Program-made: the position numbers and the translations under genes
Shown: positions 1-10,989 of the stretch, in pieces
Layout of the letters: every line of letters begins with the position of its first letter
Numbering within the stretch: the stretch's first letter is position 1
Notes under the pieces: model-generated
Databases searched by the model: none
What the model was told of the DNA's origin: nothing
What the model saw: the letters and a program-made list of their open reading frames with translations, nothing else
Origin: Octopus bimaculoides
Lineage: Eukaryota
NCBI RefSeq assembly: GCF_001194135.2
Contig: NC_068990.1
Coordinates: 822,079 to 868,029 of the forward strand
Length of the DNA stretch: 45,951 nucleotides
Reading direction: 5' to 3'

Positions 1-215
1 CACCAGATAACAAATGGCACTCTTCTTTTAATTTTGACTCTATATCTTCAGGAGGAGTTACCTCAATCCTTTCTATATTAACCAAAATGAAGTAGATTGA
101 CAAATTTATTTTTTGAACCAGTTGAAGACACACGAGATGTCGAAATATCGTTCACCAGATAACAAATGGCACTCTTCTTTTAATTTTGACTCTATATCTT
201 CAGGAGGAGTTACCT
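1..215. repeat. 63-bp perfect direct repeat (1-63, 153-215)
   Basis: caccagataacaaatggcac...ggaggagttacct present twice, period 152; left copy cut by the window edge. Confidence 0.9.
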
Positions 216-263
216 TAATAATAATAATAATAATAATAATAATGATAATGTCGTGTTCATACT

Positions 264-600
264 GAAAGGTGACAAAATAGAGACTTCTTGTCGTAGAAAG
301 GTGAAACATTAACGTCTTGTTTTCATGGAAAGGCGAGATGCTAACGTCCGGTTACCACAGGAAGATGAGACTCTAAATTTCTGTTGTCACAGAAAGGCGA
401 ATCACTAACATCTTATTGTTATGCCGAGAGAGACAAACGTCTTGTTACGGAAAAGCGAAACGCTTCGTCGCCACGGAAAGGGGAGACAATAACCTCCTGT
501 TGTCAGAAAGAAAAGATATTAATAACTGGTTATTAGAGAAAGGTGAGACAAGAACGTCTAATGTCAGATTGTCACACAAAAGATGAGATACTAACATTCT
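264..600. repeat. degenerate ~31-bp minisatellite
   Basis: about 10-12 diverged units like gaaaggtgagacantaacgtcttgttgtcac. Confidence 0.65.
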
Positions 601-1277
601 AATATTAGAAATAGATCAGACATATGTCATGAAACGAGGAGTCCCTACGGCCGTCTTGCTATCAAAAGCAAAACACGGCAGCCACAACCATCTGCTCTTT
701 AACCTTTTAGTTATATTTCTACTGAAATGCATTGCCTTTGTTTCAATTAATTCTTAAAATAACGACAAATTTAGTTAAATAACTTTGTTGCTATTAATCT
801 GGTGTCTGGAACATAAACATGAAATTTTTGATGGCAGGTCTTAATTTACATCACTTTAAATGGAAAGTTTGTATCATTGAACTTGAATCAGTGTTGGGCG
901 GGTTAGTATCAAAAGTGTTAAGTCTGTTCCACCAAGGTTGAACTAGGGTTAATTAGCAACAGTAACTACCTACACTTTACATGATAGTTCTTAGAAAAGT
1001 TCAAAAAGTTTAACTGTCATGAGATGTGCAACATTGAACGGACCGAGCTTTTATTTCTGAGAAGTAATGTTTATCGCCACTTCAACATTACTTCTCAGTA
1101 TAGTTACTACTTTCATTTTTTTATAGAGATGTTCTTACTAGCTAATTTGCTTGCTGCATGATCAGTGATTGGGTGTCACTTATTTTCTATATATTGCGAA
1201 CTGGAACGAACTACTGCTATCTCTAGCGGACGAATATCCACCACCGAGGGTGAGCACAAAGAGCTGGAAACCGTACC

Positions 1278-1478
1278 GTCTGGCAGTCTCGTGGCTGGAA
1301 GATGGTTGAGGTTCACTCCCCTGCTTGCAATATATATCGTGTGCAGATTGCATCGAATAACCAACAAGCAGAGGACGCCTCCGCTTGTTGGTTATTCGAT
1401 GCAATCTGCACCCGATATATATTGCAAGCAGGGGAGTGAATCCCTACCTACCATCTTCCAGCCACGAGGCCACCAGAC
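1278..1478. repeat. ~100-bp-arm inverted repeat (fold-back)
   Basis: 1278-1374 is the near-exact reverse complement of 1378-1478; 3-nt loop acg. Confidence 0.95.
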
Positions 1479-1479
1479 C

Positions 1480-1580
1480 GAGCTATAGGACTGAGATAGG
1501 ATGTAAGTAACAACAGTAACGCAGCCTGCACCGACAAGATTCGAACCGCCCAACTCACAGCTCCTTATCCAGAACACTTG
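1480..1580 (-). mobile_element. tRNA-like SINE head (second copy at 5666-5750, +)
   Basis: gataaggagctgtgagt(t/a)gggcggttcgaatcttgtc with B-box GGTTCGAATC, seen twice in the window. Confidence 0.55.
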
Positions 1581-1600
1581 AATAAACTAAGATTACTTGC

Positions 1601-1730
1601 CTCAACACAGTCGTCTTTACGAAGGCAACGCCCCCTTCGGTTAGTGTTGAGATGTTCATACAGCTTCTTATTGGTCTCACTGTCAGTTGGATCGAAATTC
1701 AACTTATCTGATGGATTATTCAGGTAGAGC
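1601..1730 (-). CDS. XPNPEP2-like: Xaa-Pro aminopeptidase exon with probable GC donor (gene continues left of the window)
   Basis: ctttcctttaccgctag acceptor, GAG|gcaagt donor; 130 nt, phase 2 to 0; RLYLNNPSDKLNFDPTDSETNKKLYEHLNTNRRGRCLRKDDCVE; the L-N...C....CV ending resembles XPNPEP2. Confidence 0.85.
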
Positions 1731-2086
1731 CTAGCGGTAAAGGAAAGATCACATAAGAAAGGTTAATTCTAAAATGGTTACATATATAAATCATGAATTC
1801 GTAAACTCTCACACACACACACACACAGACAGACAGACAGACAGACAGACAGAGTGAGAGTAATGAGAGAGTTGCAAAGTAAGTTAAAATATATCATACA
1901 TTGTAAAAACATTAATTACAAAGTATCCAAGAGTGAAATTTGGAGTACATTACCAATCTTTGATGTGTGTGTGTGTGTGTGTTCTAAGAATACATAAGTC
2001 AGAAAAAAAACAGATACTCATATATTTGTCAAAAGAGTGGGTATATTTATTAAAGTATACAAGTATTATAGATTACTTTTAGTTGA

Positions 2087-2170
2087 TTTTTACCTATCGG
2101 TTTCGCATTGGGTTTTAGATAAACGGACGGTTATCTAAAACCACGGGCTCTTCAGAGATAATAGGTATAG
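2087..2170 (-). ncRNA. candidate minimal type I hammerhead ribozyme (Penelope-type)
   Basis: CTGAAGA-GC..ggttttagataa/ttatctaaaacc..GC-GAAA-CCGA-TA; all core nucleotides present; stems I and III imperfect. Confidence 0.5.
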
Positions 2171-2670
2171 AAAAAATATGGCAGCTGCTCTTTTATTGGA
2201 GATGAGATACATATATGCGAAATGGCTCTATTATGATGACGGATAATGCACGGATTAACAGAAATAACATAGGTCCACCTTACTTATACATAGAAACAGC
2301 AAATTCGAAGGTCCAGTCATCAGTGATAGATAGTTTGAGCAACATTTTGCTTTACCTATAATGTAAATGATCCAAAGAAAAGTCATGTGCACCATAGCAT
2401 TCTACCATTTTCCCTCTCTTAAAATACAGTCTTTCGTATTGAATCAAAGTGAATCAAAATAAGCATTTGTGTATTGCTATAACATGAGTTAATGACAGTT
2501 TCAAATTTCGCTTCATTTAGTCCATCAAAGACATAACTTCACAATGTCACAACTTTCCATTCTGCAACATTTCTAAGTCAGTGTTGGTGCTAAATGTAGC
2601 TAAATTCAAGGAGAAAAAAAATTTGAATTGGGAAAAATAAAAACTGAAATTTTATGTTTCACTGTTTATT

Positions 2671-3000
2671 GAATGCTTAGCGGCATTTTATCCATCTTTA
2701 CGTCCTGAGTTCAGATTCTGCCGAGGTCGACTATGTCTTTCATCCTTTTGGGGTTGATAAATTAAGCTCAAGTGAAGCAGTGAGGTCGATGTAATCGACT
2801 ATCTCCCTCCCCAAAATTGCAGGCCTTGTACCTTTAGTAGAAAAGATTACTTGTTGAATAAAAAGCAGTGAGCGGACAGAATCGTTAGTACGCCGAACGA
2901 AACGCTTGAGGCATTTCTTCCGTCTCTACGTTCTGAGCTCAGGTTTCCCGAGGTCGACTTTGCCATTCATTCTCTTGGCATCGATAAAATAAGTACCAGT
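2671..3000 (+). mobile_element. two tandem tRNA-derived SINE copies (family A)
   Basis: ctgagttca..ccgaggtcgactttgcc.ttcatcct...aagtaccag consensus shared with >10 copies in the window. Confidence 0.8.
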
Positions 3001-3019
3001 CAAGTTGCACTGCTTGACA

Positions 3020-3419
3020 ACCAGTTTTGACGTTTACGTTCCCGTAACTTAGGGGTAGGGCAAAAGAGACTGAAAGAACAAGTACTATGCTTTAAAAAAA
3101 TGTCCTGGGGGTCGATTTGTTCGACTATTACCCTTCGAGGCGGTGCCCCAGCATGGCTGCAATCAAATGATCGTAACAAAGTACGAGGTAAAATAATTTG
3201 TTTTTTACTCAGAAATGCTCTCAAGTTTTCTGTATAAACCTTTTAGGCGCAGTCGTAGCTGTGTGGTACTAAGCTTGCTTCTCGACCGCATGGTTCCGGG
3301 TTCAGTTCCACTGCGTGGCACCTTGGGCAAATGTCTTCAATTATAACCTTGGGCCGACCAAAGCCTTGTAGATTTGGTAGACGGAAACTGAGAGAAGCCC
3401 GTCGTATATTCATATATGA

Positions 3420-3463
<44 letters not shown>

Positions 3464-3660
3464 CTTTATGGTTGTGTTTGTCTCCCACTGGTGTGTTTAC
3501 GTCCCCGTAACTTAGTGGTTCGGGCTAAGAGACCGATAGAATAAGTACTATTTAAAAAAAAATAATAAACCCTAGGGTCGATTTGTTCGACTAAAACCCT
3601 TCAAGGCGGTGACCCGGTATGGCCGCACTCAAATTACTGAAATAAGTAAAAAATAAAAGA
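3020..3660 (+). mobile_element. tRNA-derived SINE family B (tail fragment plus near-complete copy with TA/TG microsatellite)
   Basis: ggcgcag..gctgtgtggt..catggttccgggttcagttccactgcgtggcaccttgggcaa head; tail gcatggccgca.tcaaatgactgaaa. Confidence 0.8.
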
Positions 3661-4389
3661 TCCACAGTCTAAAGCAATAAGGCTTTTGCGTGTAGTCAAG
3701 AATGTGGCGAACAGATATAACGTAAAGAGAAGAAAGGCGAAAAATGTCACCCTTTTCGTTAAAAAAACATTAGTAACAAGAAAAAATTTCATATTTCGTT
3801 TGAATACCATAAAATATGTAAACTAATAATATTTCAAGTTGCGTATCACTATTGGGATTTGGAGCTGAATTAAGGTAAATATTATTTTTCACTGAATAGC
3901 GACCCTCCCATGTGTTGGAGTTTGTGTACTGTCACATGACATTTTTACTGTAACACTTTTCAGCGATGTTTTTACAGGAAAACTTTTTTTCTATGTTTTT
4001 CTTTTTTTATTGTCCTAGATTCAACAGCGCAAACCGAAATAAGGAGATCTGCAGCTGGTGAAACAATCAGCCGTTGGACAAACAACAAAAGAATTGGTGA
4101 TTTGAATTGGACCATAGACGCCTGCGTCAATTGTTAAAATACGGTCCTTACTTTTACCAGCTCCGGAGTGATGGCAGGCAGATTCGACCCCAGAAGGATC
4201 TTAACAGAGCAGAGAATAAGGTAGATATTTTATGAATGGAAAAAAATTATTTCTTATATAGTTACAAGGCTTGATTAAATCACTCTCAATACTTTTTATT
4301 TTACTGTATTTAGTCAATGGTAAGGAGGAGAGCCCTTATAACCCTTTTAAGGGCCTCCTTCATTGGTGGAAAAAAGAGGAAGTTATCAG

Positions 4390-4750
4390 ACCGGAGACCC
4401 AACCCGAATGCTAAAGGGGTAAAGACACCCTCCGATCATGAATAACCATGGGATTGCATCTAAAAAGTTACCCTCCGAGGCACAAGTCCGAGCAAGTTTG
4501 TTTACGAAAGACCAGCAATCGCCCATGCATACCAGCTTCCTCTCTCCACGCCACTGATGTTGTCCAAGGGAAAGGCAAAGGCCGATACAGCTTGGCATCA
4601 GTGACGCAACTCATTTCTACAGCTGAGGGAACTGGAGCAAAGTGAAATAAAGTGTCTTGCTCACGAACATAACACACAGCTCAGCCCAGGAATCGAACTC
4701 ACTACCTCATGATTGTGAGTCCAACGCTGTAACACAGCTATGCGCCTTCA
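4390..4750 (-). mobile_element. tRNA-derived SINE (family D)
   Basis: reverse tRNA-like head (ccaggaatcgaactcactacctcatgattgtgag); related copy at about 29490-29710. Confidence 0.7.
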
Positions 4751-5127
4751 CCCGAATGCTAAAGCTACGTTAAAGGCATGGGTTAGGTAGTTGTGTTAAA
4801 ACAGGCAGCGGGTTTAGTTTGCTAGTCAAAAACATGTTTCGCCGACATGTTTTAGTTCAAAACCAGCATTCCTGCCAACCAGCAGCAAACTTTGGTCTAA
4901 AAATCAAAGCATGCAATTATGAGAATGAAGCAATATAATTGATGTAGGGTAAATATAGCATGTGCATAACTCCTTTCCATGTACCCCTCATAAAAAATAA
5001 TATCAAACTGATTTATATGCATTTATTTATATATTTTAGGTAAGCATTGAGTATACTTTGCATTCATGCAGGAAACACCATTGCTGTTAATTTACCACTC
5101 ATAATAGTAACAGCATCTAACATAAGC

Positions 5128-5290
5128 TTAAAGCCACAAATTTGGGAAAGGATTTAGCCGAAATCATCAATCCCAGCACTTGATTGGTACTTTATTTATC
5201 GAACTCGAAAGGATGAAAGGCAAAGGTGATTTCAGTGGAATTTGAACTCAGAATGTAAAATGTCTGTATTTTGTCTGACACTAATGATCT
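5128..5290 (-). mobile_element. SINE family A fragment
   Basis: ggtacttt..gaaaggatgaaaggcaaagg..ggaatttgaactcagaatgtaa. Confidence 0.7.
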
Positions 5291-5500
5291 AACCATTTCA
5301 ACACAATAATAATTATAATTCTTTCACTTAGTTAATTGACAAAGAAAATCTAGAAAGCAGTCGATTTTACTGAGATTTAAATTCATGACACAAAGAGATT
5401 ACGAAATGCCATAATATATTCTGTCCCCAGCACTACAAATTCTATCATGCATTTGTATTTTTTATTGAAATATCTTTAAAAGAACTATCGCCATACAAAC

Positions 5501-5582
5501 CTTATTTTCTGTCGATCAACTATCGCGTACGCTATGGCCACAGGATTGAAAGGCACGTCCTTTGCGCGAAAGTTAAAAAGCC
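5501..5582 (-). CDS. XPNPEP2-like: Xaa-Pro aminopeptidase exon (absent from ORF track)
   Basis: tttctttgtctttgcag acceptor, AAG|gtttgt donor; 82 nt, phase 1 to 2; WLFNFRAKDVPFNPVAIAYAIVDRQKI-R, a variant of the WLFNLRxxDIPYNP motif. Confidence 0.93.
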
Positions 5583-5761
5583 CTGCAAAGACAAAGAAAC
5601 ATTAGTAATTTATCATGTCGTATTTCATACATTGAGAGCACGATTGATCCCATTCAAGTGTGCTAGATAAGGAGCTGTGAGTAGGGCGGTTCGAATCTTG
5701 TCGATGCAAGCTGCGTTACTGTTGTTGCTTAGATCCTATGTCAGTTCTGATATGGCAGATA

Positions 5762-6668
5762 TAGAAGGTAGTATCAAAAGGTTCCCAGATTAGTTATATT
5801 TAATTTAAAAATAACTTATCTGCTTAAGTTTTAACATTATCTCGTTCGAAAGAGTCACCTTGCAAAGCAATACACCGGTCCCAGCGTTCCTGTCACTTTT
5901 GGAATCCATCCTAGAAGTTGTTTTCCATCGACTTCGAAGTCGAGGACCATCTGTGATTCGCTTTTGATCTCGACAACGGTGTTAACACTGCGACCTTTGA
6001 GCTGCATTTTCCTCTTGGGGAAGAGATGGAAGTCCGCAGGTGCTAAACCTGGCGAATAAGACGGGTGCGGAAGCGATACCCTGTTACTTTTGGCGAGAAA
6101 CTCACAAATGAGGAGAGCTCAGTTGCAGAATGCATTGTCGTCGTGAAGAATCCAATTTTTCACGCTCCACAGATCCAGTTACTTTCGCCGGATTTCCTCC
6201 CCCAAGTGCTTCAAAACATCGCAGTAGAACTCTCGATTGACGGTCTGGCTCTGGGGAACGAATTCTGGATGCACAATACCACATTTTCGGGGATGACATT
6301 CGTGGAAAGTCTTCCCAATCACTCATCGTCTTCCAGAGACGTTCTTCCGCTTTTGAAGCACCCATACCACTCGAAACATTGCGTACTATCCATTGCATCG
6401 TCGCCGTAAGTTTTCTGAAGCATGCTCAATGTCTCTGTGGAAGACTTCCCAAGTTTAACGCAAAATTTCACGTTGGCTCTTTGTTCCTGTCCATGACAAA
6501 ATCGCAGACTGCAGTATACATGTGATCCCAAAAACACAAATTTCACAACTTGCGAAGAAAATATAGCAATTTTACTTCCTCATGAAGGTCACTGTACACG
6601 CAACCGTGTGCTGCCATCTGTTGACGCGCTACAGAACTAGTCCGAGAAGTTTTTGATACCACTTTCTA
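5762..6668 (-). mobile_element. internally deleted mariner transposon
   Basis: 34-bp TIRs (27/34 match) bounded by TA; decayed transposase QEQRANVKFCVKLGKSSTETLSMLQKTYGDDAM..CFEW..FKSGRTSLEDDE. Confidence 0.88.
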
Positions 6669-8825
6669 TGATCAAAATGATTCAGCCATAATCATGCCGT
6701 CTTATTGCTATATAATGCATTTTCCATTCATGATAATATTATTCAATGTCTCCTTTTCCATTAGACGGTAAGATTTTGATATGAGAGAAATTTAATTGCG
6801 ATTTCTAGAAGGTTGAATAACGAGGATCCCTCGCTGGTTCATTTGCTAAATGTGTTGTGTCCGCGGCCAAAGTTTCGTAACTCATAAACAGTGTCCCGGT
6901 CTACAGAGCTATAGACAAGCACCTCAGTGCAGAACAGCTCGACGCTAGAGGGAACCTTCCGCGATTGCTCTACCCGCAAGACGTAACAAAATATCACTCC
7001 TTCAATAACCGGCTGTCTAAGTAGAATACAGTGGATAATGTGATCTAAGGTGCATCTTGAGGGGACTAGTCGACACCATCAATTCAAGTGCTTGATTGGT
7101 ACTAATTTAATCGACTCTGAAAGGAATTAAGGCAGATTTGACCTCGGCGGAATTTGAATTTGTTAACTCGAAAGATGGTACCCAGACTCAACAAGTGGAG
7201 AGTACGCAGGCCTCTGATGTGATGTAATAAACGACGCTGTGACGCTCACCGTTTTATGGTAGATTCATATCTCTATGAATTTATGTGACGCAGAAGATAC
7301 GAAAAATGTGATTTGTTTGAGAAATTGATTGAATGTATTTCTTTCGTTTTTAATTTTTAAAATATTTTGTGAATGTGTTGCTTATTGTATGCTTAAATGT
7401 TTGTTTTTTAAGCATATTTTGTTCACTCTTTTATTGCCACATATAACATATAAACAGGTACATGTTTTAGAACATTGTCATTTTTTAAGATTTTGCTGGT
7501 ATATTTTTAAATTAACATAAACATTTATTTACACGAAAGAAAATTACCGGAGAACTTTCATCTAATTCTTCCAAATCTTTCTGTGAAAACTATATTGAAA
7601 CTATGGAAAAAATTGTAATGTGTTTATCGCATGTAACGTGATATTGCATTTGCATTAAATGCATGTTGAATGCTTAAAACTATAAAATATGTGTTGTTTA
7701 TTCATTGCTTTTTGTCATTGAAGTGGTTGTGAGGTGTGCTAAAAATAATAGCTAAATAACGTTTTTGGATAAATCTTTTTAAGTTCATGCTATCGCAATG
7801 CTTAAAACTACAAAAGACGTGTTGTTTACTCTTTCTTGACAACACGTGCTAATTTCTGGATGCTGACGGCTTCCAAATACTGCTTCCTGACTGGGTGAAA
7901 ATGATCACCCTTTCAACCTCTATAACTTTTTAAAAACATTTTTCTGGAAAAAGTGGAATAACTCCAGCAGTTCAGCTTGGAAAGGTATATTATTGTGTCA
8001 AATTTTAAAATTTTCGATAAACTTCAATTTTTGAAATGCTGGCAACCAAACAAACTAGATTCAACTCTGCATGTTGCTCGACTTACGAGAAATAGCAAAA
8101 ACCCAGAACGGAGAAACTTTAAACAAAATCACGGCTTAAAGTTTTAACAAATGTTTAAAACTGCNNNNNNNNNNNNNNNNNNNNNNNNNNNNNNNNNNNN
8201 NNNNNNNNNNNNNNNNNNNNNNNNNNNNNNNNNNNNNNNNNNNNNATATATATATATATATATAAAGTCGATGGCTGCCCGTGTGACTCGAACCCACGTC
8301 TTTTGCAAAGATGGTAGACATTCACAAATCAAAGAAAGGAATTATTTCACGTCTCTGTTGCTAAAATTTTTTGATTTAAACCACATAATTCTCGCTGGAA
8401 AAAGCAAAATTTCTAAAATAGATAGAGAAATGCGAATGAATGATTTGGTCCATTATATTTACAGAAATGGATTCTAGTCTTGCGAGCAGCCTTAACTTTT
8501 TCTATCCAAAGGGTTCTTTTTAACGCTTAAGTTATTTACACGTTATTATTTATATATTATTTATACCTTCATCTGCTTCGAGTTTCACCGTTCAAAAAAA
8601 AAAAAAATTTCTCTAGGAGTTTCTAAATTCTCATGATTTATACAATATACAATTCTCGCTAATAAGAACACGGTTTCTAAAAGAAAGTCGTAGGATTGCT
8701 TTGATTCATCTGATTCAATTATATTTATATGAAACTTATCGAATCCCCGCCTAGTTGCGCGTGCGCGTGAAAGAGAGAGAAAGAGGGATAGAGAGAGAGA
8801 GAGAGAATACAGAAAAACAACTTAC

Positions 8826-8921
8826 AAGCAATCTCGTCCAGGCTGGTCACTATGAATGCAGCAACATTTTGTTTGACCATTTCATTGCGGAGGTCTTGCA
8901 CTTTGTCTTGCCAACTTTTAC
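8826..8921 (-). CDS. XPNPEP2-like: Xaa-Pro aminopeptidase exon
   Basis: tcttcatcgtcag acceptor, CTT|gtaagt donor; 96 nt, phase 1 to 1; GKSWQDKVQDLRNEMVKQNVAAFIVTSLDEIA-W. Confidence 0.95.
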
Positions 8922-9798
8922 CTGACGATGAAGAACAAATGTGAGACATGGTTGTCAGTCTTCTACTTATATTCATTACTTACTGGTTACAATCTACAGC
9001 AGAGACGGATGACTTTATGTTCGAAGGCTGTATTGAATTAAATATAATCCAATGAGGTCATGTTAAAGAAAATGTTTTTTAACCTCTTGCATGACCTGTG
9101 TGTCACGTGATACATTGAACATATTTCCCCGACGTCTTTGTATCATATATGATACACATGCCCAAATTTTGTAACCAGCAGAGTAACTTGGGACTCATGA
9201 AAGGAAAGCTTTACATTACTCAGAACGTATGAAACAAGAGCTAACTAAATGTCTGAAAACAAAGATGGGCGTTTAGGACAAACTTTTGAAAATGCTTTGG
9301 ACAAGGAAAAGGTTAGATATGCGAAACAATGTTATCTGACATTGACAAATCTGATCTGAAGTAATTTTGGTGGCATTGAAATCTACCTATTTGCTAAAGA
9401 TTAATTAGCATATAACCACACGAGTTAGGGTACGTCGAAATCATGGAATACAGCATGGTGGACGTGAACTAATTCGGGACAAGAATTGATTGAGTCAATG
9501 GCGAATATCACTAGATACTGAGTGAATGAACAGACAATAAACTGTCCATGGTCAGGATCAATCAGTTCAGTTAATGAACTACTACCATCAACTGTAGTAG
9601 TGGAGTACATATATGAGATATTTCAGCTTGCGAAAGACCAATATGACTAAAAGCCAGACCAGGTGTTCATGCCACATTGCTTGATCTGGCATGGAAAAGT
9701 TGCATCGGTCCGGGCAAGTCACCCAACCGGATGATGACGAAAGAGAGTGAGCGGTAATATCTGTAGTGTACGTGCATATGTATCATGAAAGGACTTAC

Positions 9799-9945
9799 CT
9801 GCGAATTTGAGTGGTAAAGCATTGATGACAGAGTTTGGTTTTTCAGGTCGAGTTGTAGTCCAGACCAAATCGACAAGATCCTGGAGTACTTCTATCAAAG
9901 TGATGTTGTATCTAGCCAGCTGGATAGACATTTTTTTCCATTTCA
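9799..9945 (-). CDS. XPNPEP2-like: Xaa-Pro aminopeptidase exon
   Basis: tttcttttgtatcag acceptor, CAG|gtaagt donor; 147 nt, phase 1 to 1; KWKKMSIQLARYNITLIEVLQDLVDLVWTTTRPEKPNSVINALPLKFA-G (LVDLVW..RP motif, NIT sequon). Confidence 0.95.
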
Positions 9946-10159
9946 CTGATACAAAAGAAAAAAAAAACAGAAACAATAACACTAAATAAATTTTCTCAAA
10001 ACGGAGCTTTCCTTTGTATTTTGAATCAATGGTTTCTAGTTTAAGAGCAACGCCATGTTTCGAGGGGATACCATCAACTCCAGTACTAGACTCGTACTTT
10101 ACTCTATCGATTTTCGGAGGAGATACATTGGACGATTTTGCTAGCTCAACGCCTTAATA

Positions 10160-10318
10160 ATGATTTCAAATTTTTTGCTACAAGGGCCGCTTGGGGGAGG
10201 GGATTAAGTCAATTACATCGACTCCAGTGCGTAATTGGTACTTATTTAATCGACACGAAAGGATGAAAGGCAAAGTCAACCTCGGCGGAATTTGAACTCA
10301 TATCGTAGCGGTAGATGA
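10160..10318 (-). mobile_element. SINE family A, truncated
   Basis: family A consensus; breaks off where the RTE fragment begins. Confidence 0.75.
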
Positions 10319-10930
10319 ATTGGAACGGGAGGCGGCCAAGATCGGACTCCGTATGAGTGTAAACAAGACGAAGATCATGAGGATTGGATATGTCGATGGG
10401 AACAACAATGGCGTCCCCTTGATGACTGGACAACACCAAATTGAGGAAGTTGATGAGTTCACCTATTTGGGCAGCGCAGTGACCAACGACGGAGACGCCG
10501 AACGCGACGTTGCCTGTCGGATTAGGAAGACCTTGACTGGGCAGGTAGGGCGATCTCCACCAAGACCAAAGTGCGTCTCTGCAACAGCATCGTCATGCTA
10601 TCGGCAACATACGCGGCGGAAAAGTGGAAGACATCGGCAAAGATCGCGCGAAGGCTCAATATATATCAGCTACGAAGCTTCCGAGGGATACTGCGAATAT
10701 CACACCAGGACCACATCATCAACGACGAGATACCTGTCCACTCCATGACGTTGCCAGTGAGAGCTGCTTGCGATTCACAGACCATGTCCTCCGCTTACCA
10801 TCGGCCCGGCATGCGAAAACCGCCATTCTGCAGAAACAACCGCATGGCAAGAGAAGACAAGAGCTATCAAAAGCGACTTAGCGTCGTACCTTCGTCGATG
10901 ACCTCAAAACCATTGACATTCATGGGATTG
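10319..10930 (+). mobile_element. LINE (RTE-like) 3' RT/thumb fragment
   Basis: EREAAKIGLRMSVNKTKIM..IEEVDEFTYLGSAVTNDGD and YAAEKW..LNIYQLRSFRGILRIS, with frameshifts. Confidence 0.85.
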
Positions 10931-10989
10931 ACATTTCACGGAAGTATTTTCAGGGAGGGTGTGTTGCTGTGTTGTACTTTCCTTAAGCT

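Noticed and set aside
118-160. ttgaaga-cacacgagatgtc-gaaa-tatcgttc hammerhead-like string
   Set aside because: C3 is replaced, the 10.1-11.1 pair is C-C, and no stem I complementarity exists.
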